DNA of 64,000 nt, taken from the NCBI GenBank assembly GCA_964016885.1, contig OZ024743.1, positions 107,198,001-107,262,000 of the forward strand, in the 5' to 3' direction. This DNA comes from Eledone cirrhosa. Lineage: Eukaryota. Shown piece after piece: positions 41,634 through 55,772 of the stretch. Under the pieces are notes generated by a model. It was not told where the DNA came from. It did no database searches and saw only the letters and a list, made by a program, of their open reading frames with translations. The position numbers and the translations under genes are program-made. The stretch's first letter is position 1, and each line of letters begins with the position of its first letter.

Positions 41634-43686
41634 ACTCCTTTCCCTCTCTCAATAGTTATAACTCTATCCCTTCGTATTTCACCCCCACCCCTCGCTTACT
41701 CCTTGATGGAAATGAACACAGATAGATACCTCACTAAAAGTTCGACATACCATCATAGTCTTCCTGCTCTATCGTACGTATGCATTACCATATCTATATT
41801 ATAGGCCATCAAGCGAGACGTAAACCATTAATGTTACACATTAAGCCACTTGCTATCAAAGGATTCATAGGATACTATAGTGGTATATTATTATTAGCAT
41901 ATCTGTATACTTACAAACATATTGCGAAGCACACAGATACTTAACAAGGCAGAGAGATCGGTCCTCACAATTACCTCAAGATTTTACGTTCTTGAAACGG
42001 CAAATATATGACAGTCAATGTTTTGTATTGTGATGATATATTGTAGCGTGATGGGATATTAGTTATTATGAGAAACAATCAATTCGCCACCATTTACGTA
42101 GTTTCCTCGTTTGTGCGGAGGTAGGAAAAGTATTGTATAGACTATATTCCCTTTTGTTTGGACTCTTCAAGTATGCCATCCTTTTTCAAGAAAAACGTAG
42201 CGTGTGATATTCGCCATAATCTCCATTGTTATGGCTCTTTAAGAAAATCTCTGTGTCCAAGACACACAAAAATTGTAGTATGTCATATTCTCCATTGCTG
42301 GTGCTCTTTAAGAATGCCATCTGTGTACAAATGTATCTAAGTGTCTTAATCTTCCAATTTCGAAGGACAAAATATAAAATGTAAATTAATTTTCCCTGAT
42401 TTGTGACTGAACTAATTAGAAACAAATTCTTATATGTCACAAATCACCTCTAAGTGAGTCCAACGACCTTTAAGCGATTCTTCTCTGCTATTTATTTATA
42501 TTCTATTTTGATACCTCGAGACGTAAGTGTATTTATAGAAAATAGCGAGCCATAGAAGATGGCAAATATAACTCTCTGTAATATCTGTGTGTCATTTTGT
42601 ATCAGTGAGAATCTGAGTGTGTTTATGCGTGTGTATATGTGTGGGTGTGTATATATATGTGTGTGTGTACAATAATATTGCAATAATAACACAGCACGTG
42701 TTACAAGATTTGGAAGGGTGCAATATTTGGGTTTAGACAGCTATACACAGAGAGGAAAAAATAGGTTTAAAATGGTTAACATTCAGAAAAAGACACGTAA
42801 AATATGTTGGAAAACGAAAGAGAAAATAAACATAGTCCTCATTTGAATGTCAAACGTGGCTTTAGGAATGCATCTACATATAATTGTTCGTACAGTGTTC
42901 ATTGAGTCTAAAATTATAGTTCCTCTGTTTCCGTGAATACCACATGTGGAGCAAATTGATAATAGCACAGATGTAAAAGAAAAGAATATAACATATTTAC
43001 TTATTACAGAAAAAGTGTACATCATTATATTTGCTAAGCGATTACGAATGCTGGTGATGTCACGCAAAAGGTAAATATGGATACAAGATTGCAACAACTT
43101 CTATTAATGCTTGGAACGTTCACGATCGGAAAGTTGAACGCCTTGCCTAGAAATAACAATAGATTGGATGGGTAACCTAATGATATCCCATATTTTGTAA
43201 ACATATTTATGCGTTAAAGGAAATTTTATGATCACAAAGAGTAAAATTGAGTAGCAAAGCTGGAGTTCCATGAATATTAGAATTCGGAATACTGATATCA
43301 CTCATGAAATAATATTTTAAAATCCTGATGGAAAACGAAGTCGCCAACTTAGTTTATTTCAAACGATCATACTTTGAATATAAATGATTGCGACGAAAAA
43401 CTGAAGAACACAAGTGTCCAGGGGCAGTTGGGCTTTCACCATGTACGAATAAATGTACAAACGCGCAAACACACACTCACACATAAGGGTGAGTTTTCCA
43501 AGATCGTGGCTTGAATAGACCTGTTTATTCTCAAAGAATGTTATTTTCATTTCTGCCACTGACCACTCTCAATTACATTTGTATTTCTTCCTTAATTTCT
43601 CATTATATTTTCTGATGAAGGGCTAGCGTCCAAAATGTTAAGATTATTTTCCTACAATATCATACGCAAAACTAATACATTTCTTC

Positions 43687-43796
<110 letters not shown>

Positions 43797-44069
43797 GGGG
43801 GGGGGGTGCATGCGTGTTTGCGTGTGGACATACGTATATACACAAACATATATCAATGTCGTTTCATGAATATATATTCATCTCCTTACACATATAGGTA
43901 TAGATTAGATGGCTCTATCTAGAAAGATAAGCAATAGTTATTAGTGAATTGTTTTTCTCCAATTACTAAAATCATAAAATACAGTAAATCAATCGATTAG
44001 AAAATAAACATGAGAAATAAAATATATCGACAAAATGTATATAGAATTAGATCATATTCTCTCTCTCTA

Positions 44070-44222
<153 letters not shown>

Positions 44223-44246
44223 GTATATATATATTCATATATGTAA

Positions 44247-44314
<68 letters not shown>

Positions 44315-44362
44315 GGGTTTATATGTATTTGTATAATATATATTATTTTTATTATTTGTAAG

Positions 44363-45194
44363 TGCGGTGGATTGGCAGTATCGGTAGAGGGTAGGACGCC
44401 ATGCTTTCCAGCATAGTTACGTCCCTTTACGATCTGAGTTCAAATCCCACCGAGGTTGACTTTGCCTTTCATCCTTACGGGGTCGATAAAATAAAGTACC
44501 AGTAATGCACTGGGTAATTGCTGGCCTTGTGCCTAAAGTAGAAACAATTATTATTTGGATTGGTAGTATCAGTAGAGCGTCAGACACCATGCTTTTCAGC
44601 GTAGAGTTATGGCCCTTTTACGTTCTGAGCTCAAATCCCACCGAGGTTAACTTTGCCTTTCATCCTTAAGAGGTCGATAAAATAAAGTACCAATAATGCA
44701 CTGGGTAATTGCTGGCCTTGTGCCAAAAAGTAGAAACAATTAGTATTATTATTATTATTGGTAGATTGGCAGAATAGGTAGAGCGTTGCACTCCATGCCT
44801 TGCAACATAAAGTTGCTGCCCTTTACGTTTTGAGTTCACATATCACTGGGGTTAGCTTCGCTTTTCATCATTATTGGGTCGATAAAATAAAGAATCAGTA
44901 ATGGGGGTCGATTTAGTCGATTCTCTTCTTCCCAATAAATTGCTGGTCTTGTGCAAAGTTTATAAAAACAATTATTATTATCATTTTAGTAGTAGTGGGC
45001 GGTGTATTGGCAGTATCGGTAGAGGGTCGGACGCCAGGCTTTGACGTATAGAGTTACGGTCCTTGTCATTCTGAATTCAAATCACGCCGAGGTTAACTTT
45101 GCCTTTCATCCTTACGGGGTCGATAAAATAAAGTACCAGTAATACACTAGATAAGTGCTGGCCTTGTGCCAAAAAGTAGAAACAATAATTATTT

Positions 45195-45195
<1 letters not shown>
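44363..45195 (+). mobile_element. Four head-to-tail SINE copies (~44363, 44556, 44760, 44997)
   Basis: Each has ggattggcagtatcgg..gagttcaaatc..gtcgataaaataaag..gaaacaatta; the third is more diverged. Confidence 0.9.
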
Positions 45196-45225
<30 letters not shown>

Positions 45226-45391
45226 TGTTGTTGTTGTTGTTGTTGTTGTAGTGGTGGTGGTTGTGGTGGTGGTGATGGTGGTGTTGGTGGACGCGGTATT
45301 GGTAGTAGTAGTAGTAGTAGTGTTGGTGCTGGTGGTGGTGGTGGTGGTGGTGGTAGTGGTGGTGGTAGTAGTAGTGGTGATGTTGCTTGTG

Positions 45392-45452
<61 letters not shown>
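45196..45452. repeat. Mixed (GTA)/(GTT)/(GGT) trinucleotide repeat
   Basis: Direct inspection. Confidence 0.9.
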
Positions 45453-45968
45453 AGAAACTGAGAGAAACTAAACTAAGTTAATCTATGAGGATATTAACAA
45501 AAAAAAGATCCTTCTACCTCAGCAGCCACACCAAACAATCCGCCAAAACCACCCTAACTCCCATTAACCGCCCTAATATCCACCCTAACCCTAACGAATC
45601 AACATACAAGAGCGGTCCTCCAAAAAACTCGTACATGCCATTGTATAACTAAAAGCTGTCTAAATAAATAGATGAGGAAAGAATAACAGACACTTCTTAG
45701 CTTGTGTTGGACGATGTAAAAGACATCAGCTCAAGTAGTAAGATAGAAAATGGCCCTCCTTTTAAAATGAAAGTATACAAACACACACTCAGAGACACAC
45801 ATATATATATGTGATATATGATACATATATATATATATATATATATAAATATATATAAATGTATATTTATGCATATATATATATAAATGTATATTTATGC
45901 ATATATATAAAGAGAGAGAAAGAGAGAGAGAGGGAGAGAGAGAGAAAGAGAAAGAGATTGAGAGAGAG

Positions 45969-46014
<46 letters not shown>

Positions 46015-46508
46015 ACACACACACACAGAAATCGGAATGTCTTTCTCGGTTGTTTATAATGTAACTCACTATCTGGTAGTGTAGAGTTGTAATTCCCATG
46101 TAGTGTTGGGTGGGAGAAGCTTTATAGATGATACTTGAAGACATGCCAGTTGGGCTGACATTTGGCCAGCGTTTATTTTCATACACATTTATATATGTAC
46201 ATTGATATTTACATATCTGTATAAAAGGGTACAAACAGATAAATGCGTATGGAAAGGTGAATTTGTGTGTGCTTATTTGTGTGGATGTGTGTGTCTATCT
46301 GTGTGTGCATGTGCGGAATTATCTATGCGTGGTGTTTCTTTCTCTGCATGTTCGTATATGTGTGTGTATGTTTGCTCTATTACGTCGTGGCATTCTTATG
46401 TATCCGTGTTTATGCATGTTAGTGTGTATATATGTTTGGCTTATTGCCTTTGTGTTCGTGCGTTTGGGTAGTAGGTTTCTCTGTGTGTAAGCATATGTGA
46501 GTACATGT

Positions 46509-46585
<77 letters not shown>

Positions 46586-46963
46586 TGTGTGTGGGTGTGT
46601 GTGTGTGTTTGTCTTTGTGTGTGTTTGCACTATTATATCTTAATATCCGTTTGTGTGTCTGTTCATTCGTTTCGTTTTATATATGCTTATATCTGTGTGT
46701 ATGAGTGGGAGTGCGTGTTTGTATGTGTGTGTATGCATCTAAGCCTTTGGTCTTATAATATATGTGTATTCATTCGTTTGTGTCTGTTCGCATAGCTTTC
46801 TCACAGTGTATGCAAATGTGTCTACACATATTTATGTGTGTGCGTATGCTCGTTCGCATGAAGGTAACGCATTTTCCCGTCGCTATCAGTGATATAGTAA
46901 TACACATAACTTAAGACATATGAATAAATAAACTCCACTTAATGTCTTAAATAAAACTCGTAT

Positions 46964-47086
<123 letters not shown>

Positions 47087-47685
47087 TACATATATAGGCA
47101 AAAATGTATATGTATTTATACTTGAGATACACACACATATTTGCAGAATATCTCCCTCTCACTAAAAACAATTTTCAACTACCACCACTGCTGCTGCTGC
47201 TGCTACTACCATGACTACCTCTCTCTCTCTATATATATACACAAGAATTCATTTTCCCAGTCTCCTTCTCAACAAGAAAGATGAAAAAAAATGCCTCAAC
47301 ACTTAATTTTAATTAATTAATTTTTAATTTTTATTAATTCTTTTTAATTGTAATACTCAACATTTGATCAGATGTATTTTATTACTAGATCGAAACCGGT
47401 TATAATTTATATACATTAAAAACATTTTAAAACTATTTTTTAAAAAAAGAATTGTCCCTTTCATTTTTTTCAATAATGTCACTTTGACGAATCAAAGAAA
47501 GGCAATAAAAGAAAAACAGATTCTTAAATATTTTTTTCCGTGCTATTTCCAATTTTCCCTTTTCCTTATAACCACTGTTTTGTATAGAACCTTATTTCCC
47601 TCTTCAAATACACACACACACGCACACAAACACACACACATACCCTCTCTCTCTCACACACACACACACACACAGACACACACAC

Positions 47686-47720
<35 letters not shown>

Positions 47721-47829
47721 CACACACAAACATATATACATACAATGTTCGTGTATGTATTTATTTTACATGTATGTTTGAACATCGTATAGAAAAAATG
47801 TGATCTTTAGTTAGGGAATAGATGCATAG

Positions 47830-48290
47830 TGGGTCAGCAGCGTTGGCCAAATTACACGCCATCTTCGCCTCCTGGCTTCCAGCTTATTACATATTTCCTT
47901 CTCCAAATCCAACAAGATCCCATTCTGCTGCCGCCCCTATCCAGGAAACTACAGTTTTCTTCTCTCTTCATTTATTCCTACACTCCAGCACAAGTTCTTG
48001 ATATGTGTCCCACTTTCATTCAAAGGTGTTCCCGCAGTAGGCTTCCCATGGGACTGTACATTCAGGATAATCTGTTCTTCCTTTCATACCCAAGAACTAC
48101 ATCTGGCCCCAGTGAAATTTGAACAATCCGTGGCGAACTTCAAGCTACCTCTATGCTCAAACCTCATATCTCCTAATTGGGCCATTTCTTGTAGGCCAAA
48201 TGTTGTATCTGTGCTAGATAACTTTTCACCCTTTTTCACAAACTTAAACTATGATATCGGTTTACTCTGTGTCGCTCTTAGTCTAAAACT
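47830..48290 (-). mobile_element. Decayed HERO/NeSL-like RLE LINE fragment
   Basis: Frameshifted minus-strand FVKKGEK..SLGPDVVL..QIIL.ECTVPWE..YQELVLEC matches the RPD..IELTVPWE..KY.EL pattern. Confidence 0.55.
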
Positions 48291-48821
48291 AAAGGAATGT
48301 TCTTTCAACATTCTAATCAAAGGTGCTAGAAATATTCACTCTTCGCTGGATGGACATTCACAGTCGCATCTAACGCTCAAGTGGGAGTGTGAGAGTGAGG
48401 AGGATATAGTTAATTCATTTAGACATATCCTAAGATATATACAGATGTAGGAATCGCATAGGATGAAAGCTGTTTGATTCCGCTCCATAATTTAGACGGT
48501 CATACGTTGTCAGAGATTGCTCAACTAAATAATGAGAGAATCCAGTCGGTATCTGGGAGATATGGATTTCGATACTCCATAGCAGACGTTGGCTAAATTT
48601 TCTCATTTTTAAGAATCTTTACCCGATTTTTATACGCTAATTTATAGCAACTGACTATAATTCCAGTTATTATATTTGATGAAGCATCCTACAACTTTTT
48701 ATCAATTTATATCCTCCGCGTTTCGAGAGTTCGAAAACTCGAATTTCATACGTGGTGTTTCTTTATATATATATATAATATATATATATATAATATATAT
48801 ATATATAATATATATATATAT

Positions 48822-49012
48822 AATGAAGGGAGTGTGATAAGGGTCCAGGTGAACTATAACGCACCAGAGTACTCAATATTTAGGGTAGCAGAGTGGGTAA
48901 TAGGAACATGTTCAAGACCCCGACGGCAGAACTCGAGCCGTTTCGACGGCTATTTCTGGAGTCCAGAAATAACCGTCGAAACGGCTCGAGCTCTGCCGTT
49001 GGGGTCTTGAAC

Positions 49013-49014
<2 letters not shown>
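48822..49014 (-). mobile_element. Mini fold-back (palindrome 48908-49014, centre 48961) plus ~85-bp tail; carries only the 3' half of an HHR
   Basis: GAAA-CGGC..GCCG-TC-ggggtct present, CUGANGA absent; TA-flanked. Confidence 0.75.
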
Positions 49015-49056
<42 letters not shown>

Positions 49057-49811
49057 GATATTAAACAAATGGAAACTACATTTATAAAACCATATTTATT
49101 TCATTATATATATTTCAGGGATATCATATTAAAAATATGGTATGCCCTCTTCAGACAAAATACAATATATAAACAGTTTTATAAATAAATTTGACATACC
49201 TTGAAACATTTTACAACTTCCATTTAAAAAGTTGTTATGGTAGTGAGAATGATAAGGACAGTTAGAAAGAAAGACGGAGAAAAAAGAAAAAAGAAAAAGA
49301 AGGAAAAAAAAAGAAAAAGAAAGAGCGGAAGGTGAAGAAGATGAAGAAATGTATGTAAAGAGAAAAACACCAAATGAGAGATTTATGAGGGAAGGGGGTA
49401 CTGTAATTATTTATTTATTTATTTATTTATTTAGTGTTAAGGATACGGGGAGAAATAAAAACAAAAACAAAAATAAAAATAAATAAGGAGAGGTAGATCG
49501 AGTAATATCTATTATACGAGGTGGGAGAGATAGGGGAGGGGTGAGATACAGGAGATAGAGTTAAAACAGCCGATACATAAGTCCCGTCAAATGTAGAGGG
49601 AGGAGGAGAGGAGATATACTTAGAAATAAAAATGATAGTTTTAAAATATTATGTTTCATCAGTCTATCAATTCCTATGAATTATAATGTAAATATCAATA
49701 TTCATGAATGAGACACATATCAATAATGTGTGAAAAAATAATGACTATATGTTTAGTTTAAAAATTCTTAGGTTTACAATCAAAATCTGAGATAAAACTT
49801 CAAAAAAACTT

Positions 49812-51815
49812 TTAATTGATTTTGAAAACGATATAATTTCTATCATACAAGGAGTCAAATTCAAGAGAAACTTCAAAGGCCAGGAATATCTGAAAAGCAT
49901 TAAGGATAATATTGTGAGCTTAGAGAGAACAGAGAAGATCTTGGTGAAATCGGACAAAACCAACAACCTCTATGGACTGGATAAAGACATGTATAATGGC
50001 CTCATACTGAAAGAACTAAGGAAAAAGTACAAGGTAGCAGATAAGGCTGAACTTGAGAAAATGAACGTTGAGGCATCTTGTATAATGCATGAGTTGGAAA
50101 TTGAGAACAAAACACAACCTTTCTTGCCCAGGAAACCCAAGATTAATATGAAAGATCACAAAAGAAATTTTAAAAACGACTTGCCAGTCAGATCGATTGC
50201 ACCATCAAAATCTGACCTGGGTAAACTTAGCAAAAACATTCTAGACAGGGTGATACAGCAAATTAAGAACTTGAATTGTTTACCTAACTTAAGCTTGTGG
50301 AAGGGAACTGGAGAGGTTATTGAGTGGTTTAAAGAAATTAAATATAACAATAATAATAAATTTATTCAACTAGATATTGCTAACTACTATTTATCTATTA
50401 CCCCTAACCTACTAAATAAGGCACTAAATTATGCATTCAAACATACAGACGTAACTAGCAATGAAATGCACATTATACTATCGGCAAGGAAAACATTGAT
50501 AGAATTTAATAACCAACTATGGACTAGGGCAGATAGAGATAGCAATTTTGACATTACTATGGGATCATCTGACTCAGCTCAGGTAACATACCTTGTGGGC
50601 CTATTTATAATTAATTCGCTGCATAGGAAAATACCCGGTGCTACCGGAGGATTATATCGAGATGACATGCTTTTACTTATTGAAAATAATGACTCTGAAC
50701 TAAATAGAAATACAATTTTTTTAATTAGCTTAATCTAAAAATAGAAATTGAGAATAACCATAGAATAGTCAATTTCCTAGATGTAACATTAAATCTCAAC
50801 ACATGTCTTAACTATCCATTTCACAAGTTAAATGAAAACTTGAATTATGTCATCTTTAACTCCAACCACCCCAGATCTGTTAAAAATACTATAGTGAACT
50901 CTGTTCAAAAACGTATCTCTAGAATCTCATCTAATAAAAATATTTTCGACCAAAAAGCCCAGTATTACAATGAAGCGTTAGCTAGAGCAGGATATAGTGA
51001 TAAAATTATGTACATCGATAATAATAGACAAACTAACCAAAATAACAACAATTTTAATTACGGTAACAACTTTAACAACTATAATAGAAAGAATTACAAT
51101 AATTCCAAAAACCAGAAAAGAAATAGAACTAGAAACATAATTTGGTTTGCCCCCCCCCCCCTTTCTCACTAAACATTAAAACCCAAATCGCTAAACTATT
51201 TTTTAATGCTCTTGACAAACGATTCCCTAGAACACATAAGTATCACTCAATTTTCAATAGACATACTATAAAATTAACTTACTCGTCCACCAAAAATTTA
51301 GCACAAAATATTAATAGAATAAATAATAGGAATCTAAAACCTAGCCAAAATACCGATAATAGCATAAACAATATTCAAGTAAACAACTGTAACTGTAGAT
51401 ATAGATCTAAATGCCCGTTAAATAACAATTGCTTAGTTAAAAATATAATATACAACTGTAATGTTAAAACTGACTTAAATTCTTTTAATTATGTTGGTTC
51501 CACCTCGACAGAATTTAAACTTCGCTATAATAATCACAAGATTTCTTTTACAGATCCAAACAAAAAATCTTCAACATCACTATCAGGCTTACTCTGGCAA
51601 CTTAAACATGATAACGTTGGATATTCGATGGTTTGGAATATAGTCTCAAGAGGGATTCCTTTTAACTCCTCCTCTGAGACATGTGACCTCTGCGCGGAGG
51701 AGATATTCTTATACTGAAATCTAAAAATTCCCTTAATTTACGGACCAATTTATTCAGTTGCTGCAGACATAGATTGAACTCAACTTTTAAATATAAATAT
51801 AAATTTAAAATGTAG
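49812..51815 (+). pseudogene. PLE RT-GIY-YIG ORF, 5'-truncated, several frameshifts
   Basis: KSDKTNNLY, KDHK..PVR, FIQLDI..Y, FDITMGS.DSAQ, GLYRDDM, FLDVTLNL, SNHP, NCNCR..CPL, IIY..YVGST..FKLRY.NH, CDLC..CCRH. Confidence 0.9.
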
Positions 51816-53205
51816 TATATTTACTTAAGACTTTTAATTACTTTTTAATTATTTTTTAATTATTTTAGAAAACTTGGCGATAAATCTTTCGATTCCTTCA
51901 ATTCTTTAAACCTTCTTCATGAGTATATAATTAATAATGTAATTAAACTACCTTAAAATGGTGATGCTCCCTAATCTATTGAATAACATTTTTAAGCTAG
52001 ATAAACTTCTATAATAAATATAAGAGCATCTGTAGAACAACCGGGTATCCTCAAGTTTTTTTGAATGATTTCTGCTGAATAAGTTTGGTGAATAATTTTG
52101 GTTTTGTTTGCTTTTGATTCTGATTGCTTCTAATGAACTTGGCAATATATTGTCAAATAAATTGGAAGGATTGATTGATATGCGGGGCACACTGTGTTTT
52201 TTACGGCCCTAGATATTCTGGGGAGTGAAATATTCTTGGCGTGTTTAATATTTTAATATATTGATATCTGTTCTATTCTATGCTTGAACGATAATCATGT
52301 ATGATAGGGCAAGAATATTATTATTATTTCTAATAATGTATATTTTATGTATATGTATGTATGTATGTACATATATGTACGGTAAAATCTATTTTAACGC
52401 AATGAAGCTTTTCATGTGAAATAAAAATTTACAGAGCTGTTCACGTAAGCTCACATATGTCTATAATGTCAATTTGAGATAACCTTCTCTTTTTCTTTCT
52501 CTTTTTTCTTTTTCTCTTTTTTCATGAAAATACATATATACTTATATATTTCAGTATTTTTTTTGAAGTTTTATCTCAGATTTTGATTGTAAACCTAAGA
52601 ATTTTTAAACTAAACATATAGTCATTATTTTTTCACACATTATTGATATATGTCTCATTCATGAATATTGATATTTACATTATAATTCATAGGAATTGAT
52701 AGACTGATGAAACATAATATTTTAAAACTATCATTTTTATTTCTAAGTATATCTCCTCTCCTCCTCCCTCTACATTTGACGGGACTTATGTATCGGCTGT
52801 TTTAACTCTATCTCCTGTATCTCACCCCTCCCCTATCTCTCCCACCTCGTATAATAGATATTACTCGATCTACCTCTCCTTATTTATTTTTATTTTTATT
52901 TTTGTTTTTGTTTTTATTTCTCCCCGTATCCTTAACACTAAATAAATAAATAAATAAATAATTACAGTACCCCCTTCCCTCATAAATCTCTCATTTGGTG
53001 TTTTTCTCTTTACATACATTTCTTCATCTTCTTCACCTTCCGCTCTTTCTTTTTCTTTTTTCTTCCTTCTTTTTCTGTTTTCTTTTTTCTCCGTCTTTCT
53101 TTCTAACTGTCCTTATCATTCTCACTACCATAACAAATTTTTAAATGGAAGTTGTAAAATTTTTCAAGGTATGTCAAATTTATTTATAAAACTGTTTATA
53201 TATTG

Positions 53206-53271
53206 TATTTTGTCTGAAGAGGGCATACCATATTTTTAATATGATATCCCTGAAATATATATAATGAAATA
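53206..53271 (+). ncRNA. Type I hammerhead ribozyme (inverted copy at 49097-49162 on -)
   Basis: tattttgt-CTGAAGA-ggg..catatt..aatatg..ccct-GAAA-tatata-TA-atgaaata. Confidence 0.75.
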
Positions 53272-53431
53272 AATATGGTTTTATAAATGTAGTTTCCATT
53301 TGTTTAATATCGTAAAATACTCCAAAACCTGTTGAGTGCTTTTATATCAGTTATAAAATATTTACTCGTTGTAACCCAACAATTTTAAATAAAATGTTTG
53401 CATAAATATATATATATATATATATATTTAC

Positions 53432-54645
53432 ATATATTCAAGGTGTTATTTGTCCGTAATTTTTTCGAACTGGTACATTGCATGGAAAGTCTTAGCAATT
53501 TTATGATGACAACTACTAAATAATTCATTCTTTTTGTTGATTAAGTTGTCATAGTTTGTGATTATGTGAAGGATTTCCTCGTTGCAAAGTAAGGTAGAAT
53601 ATTATAATGAAGCGCTACATAAAGCTGGATATAACAATAACATTGAGTATATAGATAAACATACTGAAATCCAACAAAATAAAATTAATTATAATTATCA
53701 TAAAAATGAATATAAACACAACTGGATGAATAAATCAAAGAAGAAAGTAAGAACTAGTTCTATAATTTGGTATTCATCACCAGCATCCTTAGATATTAAG
53801 ACACTTATTCTTTAAAGTTTTAGATAAATGCTTCCCTAGATCTCATAAATATTACCCTATCTTCAATAGACATACAGTTAAGCTCTCTTACTCAACTACT
53901 ATGAATAGAGCTCAAAATATAGCAAAAATAAATAATAAGAATCTAAAATCAAACCAACCTCTACTAAGCAATAATAAAAATAATATATTAATTAATATAA
54001 ATAATAATTATAATAATAATTGTTTCTACTATTGGCACAAGGCCAGCAATTACCCAGTACATTACTGGTACTTTATTTTTAATAATAATAATAGTCTAAA
54101 CATGTATAATAGTATAATGCTTTTAAATAGCAATGTGAATGGTATAATACCTTTAAATAACAATGCGAATAAATGTAATTGTAGAAATAGGTCCGCATGC
54201 CCACTACAAAATAATTGCATTGATAAAAATATTGTATATAAATGTGCCATTAAGGCAAATGGCAATGTCTATAATTACATAGGTGCCACTTCATCTAAAT
54301 TTAAGGACCCTTGCTTTAATCACAAGCACACTTTTAATAGACCGGATAAAAAATTATCAACTTCAATTTCACAATTAGTATGGTCATTAAAAGACAATAA
54401 CATTAAATACGCCATCTCTTGGAGAAAATTAAGTGATGCTATCCCCTACCGGAACTCTTCAATCTCACAATTTTGCCATAATCAGAAACTATGAGACAGC
54501 TTAATCAATAAAAATATGAATTATTTAGTGGTTGTCATCATAAAATTGGTAAGACTTTCCAGCAATGTACCAGTTCCAAAAATGTACCGAAAAATAACAC
54601 CTTGAATATATATAAATTTGCCTAATTGAAGTAAAAATTTTAGAT
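53432..54645 (+). mobile_element. Older PLE fragment (GIY-YIG region) with inverted 5' arm 53432-53566 vs 54477-54610; SINE fragment at ~54015-54080
   Basis: YYNEALHKAGY, FNRHTVKLSYS, KCNCRNRSACPL..IVYKC..NYIGAT. Confidence 0.85.
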
Positions 54646-54973
54646 ATTTATATGTAACTAGCAGTTTAGCCCGGCGTTGCTCGTGTTTGTTCATTTGCTA
54701 TGAAAAGTTACATACAGGTAAACGTGGCTTGAAAGGGAACAAGCTTATTAATTAAGTGCATAAAGCAGTTGAACCGGTTAATTAAAAGTTACGAACCAAT
54801 TAGCATTTTGGACAATCAATGATGGGTTAATAATTTAGCAGAGCAAATTTGCAGGATGGTGGCCCTGCTGCCGCTGAGTGTCTGTCAGATCTGTCCACCA
54901 TGGGTGACCCTACCAAGTAATAGTTTTCCAGACGGCATAGTTCCAACACCTCCAACACCTGCAGCAACATCTA

Positions 54974-55240
54974 TAGCACCTCTTTGTAGACGATATTGCG
55001 TGTCATCCCTTGTAAGCAAAAAGTCCATTCCTGCTCCCTACGCGGGAACATAAAGTTGGCCATGGGAGAAGCATGGCTCCCCCAAATGTATGCCCGCTAC
55101 CGACAATGTTTTCCCTTGTGACTTGTTAATGGACTTGGCAAAACATGGTCTCACCGGGAATTGGGATCGCCGGAAATCGAACGGGATATCTGACGGCGAG
55201 GGGAAAAGGTTCATCCTTGGCAGTGTATTCGGCAGAATTG
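54974..55240 (-). pseudogene. PIF1-type helicase C-terminus of Helitron RepHel
   Basis: LPRMNLFPSPSDIPFDFRRSQFPVRPCFAKSINKSQGKTLSVAGIHL..CFSHGQLYV..RVG..TRNIVYKEVL*. Confidence 0.85.
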
Positions 55241-55454
55241 CCAGAAGTACAACACTATGGTTGTTGTCATATTAATATTTAACCAATGAAAGTCGTAATG
55301 AATAAATAATTTAAACATTCCGATTCATATGTCTATAGCATTAATCTGTTATATGAAGTGTTATTTTGTGGGTTGTTATTTGCAATAAGCCGATTTAAAA
55401 TACCCCAGAAAAGCTGTCTGTCGATACGGAACTCCAATGACTCCTCCAGCAGTT

Positions 55455-55772
55455 AAATTACAGAGAGGGGGAATAATATATTATAGAGAGAGGGAAGAGC
55501 GATGGAGAGATTAAAAGTAAGAAACTATAGGGAGGTGTGTAAAACAGTGTTGCCATATAGAGAGTGAAGAGCGACAGAGAGAGTAAAGCTGTTAAATTAT
55601 AGAGAGGGGCAATACACTATTATAGAGAGAGGGAAGAGCGACGGAGAACGTAAAGCTAAGAAACTATACGGAGGTGTGTTAAACCTCAAAGCATGAAGAG
55701 AGTAAAGCGTTGACATTATATAGAGGGGGAATTATCTATTATAGAGAGAGGGAAGAGCGACGGAGAGAGCGT
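55455..55772. repeat. Imperfect tandem repeat array inside the Helitron
   Basis: Recurring attatagagagagggaagagcgacggagag..taaag..aagaaactata. Confidence 0.75.

Larger units (their letters stand above)
49054..53402 (+). mobile_element. Naiad-like PLE with ~755-bp inverted pLTR (49054-49808 vs 52558-53314) and ~88-bp tail, in (TA)n
   Basis: Near-identical inverted arms; internal RT-GIY-YIG; an HHR in each arm. Confidence 0.92.

Noticed and set aside
55455-55772. Repeat-spacer-like pattern resembling a CRISPR array
   Set aside because: Degenerate minisatellite inside a Helitron; spacers not unique; eukaryotic context, no cas genes
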